Shown here: in pieces, positions 14,462 to 27,435 of the stretch
How positions within the stretch are numbered: the first letter of the stretch is position 1
Layout: each line of letters begins with the position of its first letter
Assembly: GCA_964016885.1 (NCBI GenBank)
Contig: OZ024742.1
Span: 232,004,001-232,068,000, forward strand
Direction of reading: 5' to 3'
Length of the DNA: 64,000 nt
Origin: Eledone cirrhosa
Lineage: Eukaryota
Translations under genes and position numbers: made by a program
The notes under the pieces: model-generated
What the model was told of the DNA's origin: nothing
The model's input: only the letters and a program-made list of their open reading frames with translations
Database searches by the model: none

Positions 14462-14554
14462 GTTTTGCAAGGTTTTTTATATGAAATCCTGTTTTGAAAC
14501 AAATATTGTTATATTTGGAGAGAGTCATATTGTTCTAATATTGCCAGGAATAAT

Positions 14555-14745
14555 AATTGTTCCTACTTTAGCACAAGACCAGCAATTATCCCAGTGTATT
14601 ACTGGTACTTTATTTTATCGACCCCGTAAGGATGAAAGGCAAAGTTAACCTCGGCAGGATTTGAACTCAAACCGTAAAGAGCCGTAACTCAATACTGCAA
14701 AGCATGGCGTCCGACACTCTACCGATACTGCCAATCCACCGCCCT
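14555..14745 (-). mobile_element. tRNA-derived SINE (Meta/MESC-like core)
   Basis: Nearly identical to the 21045-21230 copy; A and B boxes on the minus strand. Confidence 0.78.
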
Positions 14746-15133
14746 CTGCCAGAAATAATAATAAAACACCGTTTGGTTTGGGTTGGTTTTCACTTTTGTA
14801 TATTTTATATCGCAAAATGTTATTTAGTTGGCAATCAATGTTTATCATTGATTGACCAACAGTTAAACATATGGATATAAATATATTTCATTATGTCTCA
14901 CATAAAATAATACAGCCGGCTATCTGCAAAATATAATATAGTTAGCACCCCAAACATATAATTTGGATTATACTCAGGCACATCCTATTGTTTGTTGAGT
15001 GAGATGGATGTCGGTCGGAGTATTGTATATATATGTATATATATATATATATATAGTCTCTCAAAGTTCTTTCATCACACACCTCTCACATCATCAGTGA
15101 TACTATAATGTTTCCTCCCGTTGTATTGTAATG

Positions 15134-15210
<77 letters not shown>

Positions 15211-16351
15211 TAACAGATTAAAGTTTAAGCAAAGAATCGGTGCTTTCGCCCTTAACAGGATCTTCTAAAACTAACAAAGTCAATCTGTGAACGCAGAAGT
15301 GAATATTTCAAAAAACGTTGCAACCGGAGGAAGACAGGAAGACGATACTTTGGTTCGTGGAAACGTTCCCTGGCAAAGAACGGGAAAAGACGAATATAAT
15401 ACGTTATTATTTGGATCGGTGAAAATATATATATATATATCGGGAAATATATAAAGGGAAATGACAGGAGGCCAAATATGTTGAATTTCCTTAATTATTT
15501 ATTTCTGCAAACACTACACATTTCAGTAAGAACCTGGTAACATCTTCAGGTGTATACCAACAGAATGATGGTAAATTTTAAGGAAACAAATTAAAAAGAA
15601 TTAAGAAGAATTAAAAACTAAAAATTAAAGATTTAAAATTAAGTGTTGAGGCAAGTATTTCCTCTTCCTTTTCAACAAGGAAGAGGAAAAAACTTGCTTC
15701 AACACTTAATTTTAAATTTTAAATTTTTAGTTTTTAATTCTTCTTAATTCTTTATATCTTGAGATGAGCTATATTCATACAAGTATGAATATAGCTCTTA
15801 TCAAGATATATTCTCGTGATATCATTACTGAAAATTTTCTTTTAATAATGACTCTAAGCATATAAATACGACCTTTCAAAGTAGAATCCCCTATAATTGT
15901 AACACAGTAGGATTCTCTCTAACTCTCACAAACGTAGTAATCCCTCCAACATTGCTATACTTAAACTATTTTTCAATGTTTTGTTTTTTAACTGTCTTTT
16001 AGAGACTACTTTGAAATTTTTAAAGATTTTTTTAATATTCCTGTAATCTGTTACCATAATGAACGGTGAACAAGTACTTCAATGTAATGAACTTTTAGCC
16101 TGTGTGGAATATTGATGAAGCCTTAAATAAACTCTGATGATACCAACTCTGAATCAACACCGGTGGGTTAAGTTTTAAAATTTTGAAATTTTAAAATTAT
16201 AATATTATGGCCCAAGGGTGAAATTTTAAGACAGCAGAAACATATGTCAATTTGATAATGAATTTGAATCTTCGGTATTTTGGAAATTAATATACAGTAT
16301 ATATATATAATATAATATATATAATGTAATATATAATATATATATATATAT

Positions 16352-16565
16352 AGGAACGATCAACATTCGTCAAATCGGACCGAAGAAACAATATTTCCAT
16401 TGGTCTTTCCAATTTCTAATACTATCTATCGGTCGCAACTCCAGGTAGAAGGAGCAACGTGAAATAAAGTGTCTTGCTCAAGGACATAACGCTTCGCCCG
16501 GTCCGGGAATCGAACTCACAACCTCACGATTGCAAATCCAATTCTCTAACCACTCAGCCACATGG
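16352..16565 (-). mobile_element. CORE-type tRNA-derived SINE (inverted copy of 32701-32915)
   Basis: Reverse complement reads ...GAGTTCGATTCCC...tgtccttgagcaagacactt (B box and CORE-like motif). Confidence 0.75.
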
Positions 16566-16735
16566 TTTCTATATATATATAGTAATAATAATAAATGCGA
16601 AGACTAAAATCCAAAGAGGGCTCAATAAGGATAAATATATATCAAATATTTAAGAACCCTACAGCAAATATTTATTAAAATAACATTAAAGTTTAAGCAA
16701 AGAATCGGTGCTTATGCTTAAACTTTAATCTGTTA

Positions 16736-16786
<51 letters not shown>

Positions 16787-17259
16787 TTCTGACTTGACCA
16801 CTAGCTACGTCACAGTTCTTAGCCATTTTGAATTCGTTTCTGGAGGGGATCATTTAAGAAAAATCTTCGCCCAATTGAGTTTGTTTCCTGATGATTTCGA
16901 AACTCGTGAATTTATCCTTGATCGGATATTTCCAAAAAGCGAATGAAATCTCATGGGGTAGAAACATAATTTTGGTATGCTTATACACATTTTTTCTTCT
17001 AACTTTGATTTTGTACCTAATTGTGTATGATTGACGATATATCTAATCGATTTCCACGTGCTATTAGAAATGGTGGGTAAATATTCTATGGCTGTTGATC
17101 GCGGATAGATAGCTGTCGTTTTTTTATCTATTGTTTCTTCATAGGTGCCTTTTAATCTTATAGCTCTGTTTAATTGTTTTTTTGTGTGGTTGATTATGCT
17201 GATTGGGAGAGGAAATAATGTATATATTTTATCAAATGATTCTATGGACATACTTTTTC

Positions 17260-17333
<74 letters not shown>

Positions 17334-17344
17334 GAGAGAGAGAG

Positions 17345-17810
17345 ATTTACAATGCGGTCCAGTGATTCAGCCCAAGTCACTGGTTTAGTCAGATTATATT
17401 TATTGATGGAAATAACCAAAAATATTCCATACCTAAAGGGTGGAAAATACCAAGATGATGCTCTTTAGAATATAAAAAACACAACATACAAAGAACTAGA
17501 AAGGATTTGCATAAATTCTTCAAAAGTAATAACCTAAGTATAACTGTAGACGTAAATACTAAAATAGTTAACGTCTTAGATGTAACTCTAGATCTCCAGA
17601 CATGTACTTACAGACCATATCATAAACCAGGTAAACAACTCTTCTGATAAGAAATTAAACCGCCCTAAAGCAATACCTAACTCAATAGTTAAATGTATAT
17701 CTAATAGAATTAGTATTTTATCATAATGAAACTGTCTTTAACCAAAATGCACCATATTATAATGGCGCTTTATCTCGGTCTGGCCACACTGATAAAATTG
17801 GGTATATAAA
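17345..17810 (+). mobile_element. Degenerate Penelope-like RT fragment
   Basis: GGKYQDDAL (YxDD), KIVNVLDVTLDLQTCTYRPYHKP and VFNQNAPYYNGALSRSGH, typical of PLE RT and thumb. Confidence 0.7.
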
Positions 17811-17977
17811 TGGTAGTGTTAATGAGGGAAGGCCATGTAATATAATATCACGATATGGCAATGAAAAAATCTAAATTGAAATATCATAATAATAATTTAT
17901 ATAACCATAAAAATGATAAGGATACACAAACACAAAACACCAATAATAATAACAACAACAACAACAACAACAACAAC

Positions 17978-18010
<33 letters not shown>

Positions 18011-18011
<1 letters not shown>

Positions 18012-21000
18012 GTTTCTTTATTGGCCACAAGGGCTAACATGAAGAAAAACATTAGAGACGGAACAGTACAGGACGATACAAAGTGGGTTTTGGTCGTGTA
18101 AACAAGTTATAACAAGATAGAAATCGGGATAGAAATAAAAAAAATTCAAACAACAAAAATTCCCCAATAGGGGGGAAATCTCCGAGGGTCACTCGTGGCG
18201 AAAACCATACAAAAGACCACGGCCACCCTGACCACCAGAGCAAGCGCCCTCTCTCAGTTTTCCCACTCCTCAGTCTACAGGCGCATACTCAGAACGGGCC
18301 CGTTCACTTGGACCAGACTCACCACTTTCACCCACCCTTCAACAAACTTACTAGAAGACAGCACTTGCCTCTCCACCCTGATTTTCCTCTTCAAGTGAAA
18401 CTTGAAAAAGTTAATCAAGGTTTGGCCGGAGAGGAAAGTGTCCGTCTTCAACCCTTTCAACCTTGTCCACCACACAATCTCTTTCGCCATAGCCACCAGG
18501 CAAATGAAAACTGCCTGCCCTTCCTCCTCTTTAAAGGAGGGTGGCGGGGAAATCTGCACAATGGACTCATTCGATAACTGGATCCGTCCTACACGCGACA
18601 GCAGCTGTTTGACATGGCTCCACAAGACAGCAATCCTCGGGCACTGAACGAGTGCGTGCAGGACGGTTTCGTCGCTCTGTGCTCATCTCGGACAGGCTCG
18701 GCTGACAGCACCTCCGTGCCTGTAGAGCTTATCCCGAACCGGAAACGCTCCTCGGTAGCACTGTCAGGCCAGGGATTTCTGGAAGTTGTCCATAGGCCCC
18801 GGTCTGAAAGTTCTCTTGAAGAGAGTGAACAGCTGATCGTCTTCGGCGCCCAGGGTCTCCCTGAGAACGTCGTCGCTCTTTCCCTCCACTAGCCCTCTAT
18901 AGAACGCCGAGGTGGATGTTCCACCGATACTAGTGCCCTGCTGGTAGAGGGCGGTGAGCGCTTGGAGACATTCCAGCTTCCAAGCGCTATCCCTCGGTCT
19001 TTTCCTAATCCAGGGCTGCAGTTTCGTCAAGGAGACGAGGTGGGGGAAGGCGCTTCTGGCAAACGGTGATCACACCTGTTAACCGTCAAGGAAGCACCAG
19101 AGATGTCGCAGCCTCTGCGCATGTTTGCGCATTATCAGCCACGGCATGCTTAGTCCTCCACGCTACCGGTGTTGACAGCAAATGGATCGTCTGACGATGG
19201 GAGCACGTCCCTTCCACAAAAAGCGGAAGAGAAGGCGCTCCCTTTTGGCCAGAGTTGGGCGGGGGCAAGGTACGACGGTCAGGCAGTAGTAGATGACGGA
19301 CGCGATGTATTCATTCGCCACCTCCGCCCGACCTTTCAGAGTTAGCCTCCTCTCGGCCCATTTCTGGGTGAGAGAGGCCACCCTGCTCGTCACCTCGCTC
19401 CAGTTTTTCTCCATCTGGAGGTACGGACCGAACCAGACCCCCGAGCAATTTAACCGGTTTTTCCGTCCAGCGCCCCACGACGCTGTCGGACGGCATGGAC
19501 TTGCCTCTCCAGGTGCCGAGTTGCAAGCTCACTGACTTTTCCTGGTTTATTTTTGCTCCTGTCACCGCTTCGTATTCCTCGAGAGCGGTGTCGAGCATCT
19601 GGACGTGTTTGGTGCTCGACACCACGGTGATGTCGTCGGAGTAAGCTGACACGGATCTCCCGCATTCCAGTTCTGCTCGGGTTCGAGCATCAAGTGCCCG
19701 TTTTGATCATGCAAAGACCGAATTGTGGACTTGTTGCCACGTCGCGCCTCCACCACCCGGGCCCATTGAACGGCTTTTGTCCCCTCGTGTCTTAGAGCAC
19801 ACGCTCTAGCTCTGACAACGCAGCCTTCATGCTTTGCGTTGAAGAATTGGTCGGGTGCCAATCTTACCGCAAGCACGTCGGTTGCGATGCCTGTCCTAAA
19901 CGCCTCTTCTAGCTTTCTAACTAGCTCTCCTTCTACTCTATTTTCCTCTGTCACTACTCCTTTGCTAAACCTTATCGATTCTACTTTAATTGCCCTTTTC
20001 AGGGTGAACCACCACCTGTTGTTGACGATCGCACCCGTCAACGCACGCTTAACTAATTCGCTAATCCGGTCTCTGTAAGCTTTGCGCCGGGAACGACGCA
20101 TTCAGCTTCCAGTAACCGGGCCCTTGCCTAAGTCAACTTCACAGATCACAAATTTGTGGTCCATGTAGTCGACTACTTTAAATTGTGGACAACCTACACT
20201 ACCCTTATCTGTTTCCCTACAGAATACTCTTATCTAAATACGATCTGGATGACCCGATGCGGTTTTCCCATGTCCACATTGGCACATTCGGATAATCCAG
20301 TCGATACCTGTCAGACAGTTCAAAACGTCTGAACAGGTTGTTGAGGCTTTTACACCCTCCTGCCCTGTCTACTAGCCCCACATAATTCCAGCGTACATCT
20401 AAGATACCGTTCCAGTCGCCCACTAACACTAAAGAGCGGGACGTTTCAAGAAAGGTCTCTAGACGTCTGAAGAAATCTGGCCGTCCTGCCCCTGTTGGGG
20501 CGTAGACGGCTACTAGCCTAAAAGCATTGTTTTCGCTGCCGATCACGTCCAGCACCACCGACTTACCTTCTGGGTCTAGGAAGATGGCCTGTATGGCGAG
20601 ATCCAAGCCTCTCCGAAAAAGGACGGCAACCCCTCCCTCCGATCCTGAACGGCTGGGAGATGCGTATACATCGTAGCCGCCGAAGATCGGTGCGAAGGCT
20701 CGTGCTTCGGAGATTCTGGTCTCGCTGATGGCCACCACATTTATGTTTAGTGACCTGAGGTCGTTGAGCAGGTGGCCCTGCTTCCATGACGACCCCAGGC
20801 CACGCGCATTTATGCTGCCTATTCTGAGTAAGGTCATGTCTTTATAAATCCTCCTGGAGAGTGTTTGTCGGAAGTCTCCGATGTCCTTGGGGAATTTTAA
20901 TTTTAGTGTCGTGTACGTTTTCTGTGTGATGCGAGTGATTTGTATGTGTGGGGGTGGTGTGAATTTTTAGGGTGTTCTATAGTCTTTTTCTATGATGCTG

Positions 21001-22857
21001 GTATTATGTTGGATGTAGTGTAATAATTGGTTGTTATTCAAATTTAATTGTTTCTACTTTAGGCACAAGGCCAGCAATTACCCAGTGCATTACTGGTACT
21101 TTATTTTATCGACCCCGTAAGGATGAAAGGCAAAGTCAACCTCAGCGGGATTTGAACTCAGATCGTAAAGGGACGTAACTATGCTGGAAAGCATGGTGTC
21201 CGACCCTCTACCGATACTGCCAATCCACTTTAATGCTGTGTAGTGTGTATCGTTTTGGTTGCGTTTGTTGTGGGTTTGTTTCTGTTTCGCTTTTTAGTGA
21301 TTTTTGTGGTGTTGGAGTTAATGATGGTGGTGGTGGTGTTGGAGTTAATGATGGTGATGGTGTTGGTATTTGTGGTGATGGGGCTGGTGATGCTGGTGTG
21401 GGTGGTGGCATAGCTGTCTTAACTTTTTTGTTAGTTTGTTTGTTTCGCCCTGCATTTTGTTTTTTGGAGGGCGAAGGAAGAGGATTTTTTTCTTTTTTGG
21501 TTTCTTTTTTTTCTTTTTTCCAGATACAGTTTCCCGCTCCTCCTCGTCATCACAATCTGTCTCCAGGCGTTGGTTTTGGTTGTGGCGTAGTGGATTGTGG
21601 AGGCGCTGGTGCTAATTCTGGCGCGGTGTGTGGGGGGGGGGGTCTGGTTTGGCTACTGTTGCCTCTGTTGTTGCTGCCATTTCTGCTACTGGTTTTGATG
21701 GTTGAGTCACTGGGGTCAGTAGGCGAGCTGGCCTCAACTGTTTAGCCTGAGGGCAGAAAGCCTTTGGGTGGGTTCCTTCGTCACTTTTTAATGGGGCCAT
21801 GGAGTGCTCTCTGGCTTCCTGTGGGGTTCCAAAGAACACGTCCACGCTTCCATATTTTTGCCCACGTCTGGTGTGAGTTTTTTGAGCCCATACATGTCCC
21901 AAAGCTTTTTGTATCTGGGACTCGGATGCCCGTCCCACTCGGCGCGTTTTAATATTTATCGTCCGATATGACACGGTGCATAGGCGCCGATGCTCCATGG
22001 TATTAGCTGTGGGGGGCGTGTGAAGCTGACCCTGTAACCATATTTTTTTACCATTCGCTTGGCTTCATTCAATTCATCCTGGCTTACCTCAACCGCTTCA
22101 TTTTATTTTGCCGCTTTAGCAAACGACACATTTGGTTTTGCGCTGGTGTTGATGTTGTTGTTGTTATTCTTATTGTTGCTGTTGTTGTTGTTGTTGTTGT
22201 TATTTTTAGTTTCAGTTGTGGTGGTGGTGGTGGCGTTCGGCGTGGGAGAGTCGATTTTCGGAGAATCCATTTTGATATCACGAGAAAATAATTTATTTTT
22301 TGTTTCAGTTGTTGCTGGGGTGTTGGTTGTTCTATTTGACATTGTGGTGGTGGGGATGGTGGCTTTAACACCTGTAGACATTGGCAATGGCGGGAAATCC
22401 ATGTCTGTATGTGACAAATCTAAATAATTGCCATTGCTATTACTTTTTGCAGTGTTGTCATTTTTTTCTGTTGTTTGTATTTTGGTTGTCCCTGTTATTG
22501 TTGTAGTTGGTGTGGTAATTTTTTAAAAATTAGTGTTCTCAGTGTTGTTGTCTTGGTTCACGTTGTTTTTGGTGGTGTTTGTTGTATTAATTTCTGTAAT
22601 CCTCCTCTCAACTTTTACGCCGTTGTCACACGACACCAGACATATTGCGGGGGGACGTAGCTCAGCCATGTTTTTTTTTTATTTTTAAAAGTAAAATGTT
22701 CAAATATTTGGGCCAAAAGGCCCAAATATTATACTTTCCCCTTCACAAGGCAAAGACCTAGGGCTTATATCCCTTACACAACAAGAAAAATTAAACAATA
22801 AATAATTATAACAGGTAAATAAAGCGACTTACAGGGAGCGAGCAAAAATAACAGACC
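18011..22857 (-). mobile_element. Tx1/L1-clade LINE, near full length but degenerate, with an internal RT deletion
   Basis: ORF2 start MTLLRIGSINARGL...ISET...VYAP...VGDWN...SYLD (APE endonuclease), SAYSDDIT, KINQEKS, LTLKGRA, C-terminal Cys/His region. ORF1 remnants at about 21250-22460. AATAAA near the 3' end; (AAT)n on both flanks. Confidence 0.85.
21045..21230 (-). mobile_element. tRNA-derived SINE nested in the Tx1 element
   Basis: Full head and core copy; TTTAAT on both sides is a possible TSD. Confidence 0.8.
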
Positions 22858-23143
22858 AATAATAATCTAAACTATAATAAAGTAAGAAGCGCGGGACTGC
22901 GTACGGTTTATAATTTTTTATCCCTTTAGTAAAATAAGTTGGATTACTTTGAATAAATAATGAATGAATATTACATAATTTATCTACTAAATTTCGTGGC
23001 TGTTCATTAAATATATTTTATTACTTAATTAAAGATTCACTTCTTTAAAATGTACAAATGTCAACACTTCCGGTTAGTGATCGTTTAAATAAATATTCAT
23101 ATATTTCTGTAACTAATTTTCTCCTAATACAGTTTATATATAA

Positions 23144-24464
23144 CTAGCAGCTGAGCCCGGTTGCACCCGGGGTCACTTTTTATTAAGTTAATAATTTGAA
23201 AAATTTTATTGAAAGTTTACTATAAAGAAGCAGTTTCAGGGAAAAAAATAGAAATATGCACTTGGGGCTGGACGGCGTACAATGAGAAGTGGAGCGACGT
23301 GAAAAGCGTTGTTTATTAACGGCGAAATAGCAATGTCTATGATATGCAAGTTTGAAAATGCAGATTATGAAGGTTTGTATGATAGTTTACACTTTGATTG
23401 CCCTGGTCAACAAGAGGGGCCTCTATATATTAGACGTTTATTAGAAGAGGGGGAAATAATTAACCCCAGTATTAGAACAGGGGGTTCGCAATGTAAGGGT
23501 TTTATTTCTTTTGTTAGAAAACTGACCTTTTTCGGTTTGGCATTTCGTAAAATTCTACTGCAGAATCGATTTCATAAAACGGTACTGTATGATCGTTATA
23601 GAAGTATTTAAATTTAATATAGAGCAACTGTAATTGAAAAATGAAAATAAAACGTACTGTAGAAGGCAACAGTTTATTAACAGCGAAATAACGTCGTGTT
23701 TGATATGTTATTTTAAATAAGACAATGAATATTTAAAAAAAAAACTGAATTAATTAACTCGGCAACCAAACTGCTTATAGATCCCATTCATTAAGTTTAC
23801 AATGAATATTTAAAAAAAAATGAATGAATTAACTCGGCAACCCAAAGGCTTATAGATCTCATTCATTAAGTTTACATGTATGTATTCTCTAAACTTTTCA
23901 TTTGACTTTGAAAAATACTACTTACTGTTAGTGGTGGTTAACATGTATTAGAATTAAAATAAAAATGATATCGGAAAAAACGTAGCTGAGAACACGCGTC
24001 CCTTCTTCGCAATTTAAGGGTTTTTTTTCTTTTGATGGAAAACCGTGACCGTTTTCGGTTTGGCATTTCGTAAAATGGTACTACAGAATCGATTTCATAA
24101 AACGATACTGTATGTTAAGAGCGAAAGAACGTTGTGTTTGATATGTTATGAAAAAATTGATGAGTTTAAAAATGTGTATGAAATTGTAAATAAGACAATG
24201 AATATTGAAAGCGACTACGGAAAATAACTCATCCAAGTATTAGAACAGGGGGAAATAACTCACTGAACGCGATAGTAAATAGACCGTTTTGATGCCCCAG
24301 GGACCACATTTTTCAAGTTAGAGATTTGAAACCTCGTCTATTTGCTTCCTTGGCACTTTTTACATGGGTGTGTAAATTTTCATGTCCGTCCGACCACGTC
24401 TACTACCATTTAACCGTGCACAACTGAATTTCAACCACCGCCCATTTCACAAATATATATTAGA
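23144..24464 (-). mobile_element. Non-autonomous Helitron
   Basis: Minus-strand 5'-TC (tctaatatatattt) and 3' hairpin cccggttgcacccggg followed by CTAG; sits between A and T; internal direct repeats. Confidence 0.8.
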
Positions 24465-24467
24465 TAT

Positions 24468-24805
24468 CGTCTTTTTTTAATGTATCATGGATTACGTTAC
24501 TGATTACATAAGACAGTGTAACGCAGTCTTCGTTCAATTTCTGTTTATATTGTCAATTACGATTTTATTTGATCATATCTACATCCATATATACTTGTGT
24601 ATAATATACACACTACACATGCTAGTAGATATATAATATGGTCTTTTTTAATGTATCATGGATTACGTTACTGATTACATAAGAGAGTGTAACACAGTCT
24701 TCGTTCAATTTCTGTGTATATTGTCAATTGCGATTTTATTTGATGTATCATATCTATCATACTTGCATATATACTTGCGTATAATATCAATATACACACT
24801 ACACA
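24468..24805. repeat. ~170-bp direct tandem duplication
   Basis: gtcttttttaatgtatcatggattacgttactgattacataag... occurs at about 24469 and 24641. Confidence 0.85.
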
Positions 24806-24806
24806 A

Positions 24807-24860
<54 letters not shown>

Positions 24861-25480
24861 CACCTAGCCCAGACCCACTATAAGGGCTGGAGACACGATG
24901 TGATGGGCAGGGTGATCCACTGGCACCTGTGCAAAGTAAACAATTTACCACATTCTGAGAAATGGTATGAGCATAGGCCAGAGGCGGTGATGGAGAACAA
25001 TCAGGTGAAGGTGCTGTGGGATTTTAGGATACAGACGGACAAAAAACTGGAACACAATAGACCTGACCTGGTGGTTGTGGACAAAGAAAAAAGATCGTGT
25101 CTGATTGTGGATGTGGCCTGCCCATTCGACACGAGAGTGCAAGAGAAGGAGAGGGAGAAAATTAACCGATACCAGGACCTAAAGTGGGAGGTGAAAAGGA
25201 TTTGGAACTGCCATGAAGTCAAAGTGATCCCGATTGTCATAGGCGCACTGGGGACTATCTCCAAAAGTTTCCAGGGATGGTTAAAGAAAATCGGCCCCTT
25301 CACGCTTTTTGGAACGCTTCAAAAGGCATGCTTGCTTGGAACAGCAAGAACCCTCCGATACGTCCTGAATATCTGAGGCTGCAGGTAGTGGCTTGATATT
25401 CAATCCAACGGACTTTCCAGTTAACCAACATCAATGACTGAGATTCAAGGAATGACAACAATAATAATAATAATAATAAT
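24861..25480 (+). mobile_element. Dong/R4 3' fragment (REL endonuclease), inserted in (AAT)n
   Basis: ORF 24900..25376 is highly similar to the minus-strand copy at 11188-11700; (AAT)n on both sides. Confidence 0.9.
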
Positions 25481-25484
25481 AGGA

Positions 25485-25955
25485 GATAGATAACGATCAA
25501 GTGAAGGTGCTATGGGATTTCAGGATACAGACGGACAAGAAATTAGAACACAACAGGCCTGACACATGGTAGTTTTTGACAAGGAAAAAAGATTGTGCCT
25601 GATTGTAGATGTAGCCTGCCCATTTGACACGAGAGCGCAAAGAAGAAGGAGAAAATAAACTCACCAGGATTTAAAGTGGGAGTTAAAAAGGATTTGGGAA
25701 CGTCATGAGATCAAGGTTTCCCGATTGTCATAGGAGCACTAGGTAGTATCTCAAAGAATTTTCAAGGGTGGTTAAAGAAGATTAGTCCAGCTCTGTTTTT
25801 TGGAACACTTCAAAAAGCATGCTTGCTGGGAACTGCAAGAACCCTCCGATACGTCCTGAATATCTGAGGCTGCAGGTAGCGGCTTGATGTTCATTTGAAC
25901 AAACTTTCCAGTTAAATAACATCAATGACTGAGACTCAAAGAATAATAATAATAA
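25485..25955 (+). mobile_element. Older, diverged Dong/R4 3' fragment in tandem
   Basis: NDQVKVLWDFRIQTDKKLEHNRPD...LQKACLLGTARTLRYVLNI* with frameshifts; same 3' UTR. Confidence 0.85.
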
Positions 25956-26677
25956 ATATAATAAAGACATTAAAATAAACACATATACATTTAGATCTAA
26001 TGATCCCCACATAAAACCTATAACAGCATAATATTAACATTAAATATAAACCCCCTGAAACCACCAATACACACACAATTAATCAAAATGATAATACGAA
26101 CATGAGCAAAGATAAACATAAAAATTAAAAAAAAACCTAATCGCTAAGATTAGATACATATTTTAACCACCAAATGTGACAATCTGCAACACTTCACACC
26201 TTAGCTGTTAACTACACACTTTCAGGCAAGCCAACACGCTCGCAACATTACCACAGGTGATGGTGAAGCTAAGGCGCTGAAATACCAGGCACCCTCACAA
26301 TAGAAACTTCTCACCTGGACATAGATACCATAAACTAATTATCAAAAACATGATTAAATTCTCATTCTCAACCACACCTAATATAGCCGCACAGTTAGCT
26401 TTTAGTAATAATAGGAAAATAAAAAAAAATACATTAATTCTTTTTAAGTGGATAATAATATCACAAATGGAAAAAATGAAATTTGATTTCTCACTCTTAG
26501 TACGGCTTAGTACATACTTATAAATAATATCACACGCCTATTGAATACATTTAACCAAAACAACCAAAATAACCTTTAAAATAATAATATAAATAACTTA
26601 ATTGGTACTATAAATAACATACAAATTACTTCTAACTCCATAAATAATATTAACACCCACAGCAACCATAATGTTAC

Positions 26678-27307
26678 ATCATCATCATCATCATCATCAA
26701 CGTTTAACGTCCGTGTTCCACACTTGCATGGGTTTGGACGGGGGTAGTCCCACTTGAGGCAAGAGTGATTGTCTTGCTCGCATAGGACTGTCTGGCAGGT
26801 TTTCTACAGTTGGATGCCCTTCCTAACACCAACCACATTTACAGTGTGGGTCTGGGAGGTTTTTACCGTGTTGCCTACACGGCCACATTACAGCGTGGAC
26901 TGTGTGTTTTTTTGTCGTGACACCTACACGATCTCATTTGTTTCGGCCTGGATGGCGCGGCACCAACATAACTTTACATAGAACGGGGTGGTGTGGATGG
27001 GGTGGGGGTGGCGGCGGGAGGGGTGTATTTTGTTAGAGATGCCTACTGGCAAGGCGGGTCTTCTCTGTTACTGAGTACCGCCAAAGGTCACGGTCCAGTG
27101 ACATTGTCTTGGAGAGGTGTAAGTGTGTGAGGTCGGAGTTTATCAGCTCATCCCATGTTTTTCTAGGTCTGCCTATTCCGTGGCTACCGTCTATCTTTAT
27201 TGCCCTGCACTTTGTAATACAGCTATCGACTTTCATGCGCATCACGTGTCCATACCAACGCAGCCTTCTCTCGAGTAAACAACATCTGATCCCTCTTATC
27301 TCTAATT
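26678..27307 (-). mobile_element. RTE-clade LINE 3' end with (GAT)n tail
   Basis: Inverted homolog of 29880-30509; RRLRWYGHVMRM...GRPRKTW. Confidence 0.9.
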
Positions 27308-27435
27308 AATTAATAATATTAACCTAAGATCTACAATCCCCCACACTAACTATATTATTAATCCAAATTGTAACTATAGAAATAATACACTATGCCCACT
27401 TAGCTGTAATTTTTTAACTGATAATATAATATATG

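Noticed and set aside
16850-17260. 189-aa minus-strand ORF
   Set aside because: It spans a (TA)n tract and has no recognisable motif; probably decayed transposon sequence.
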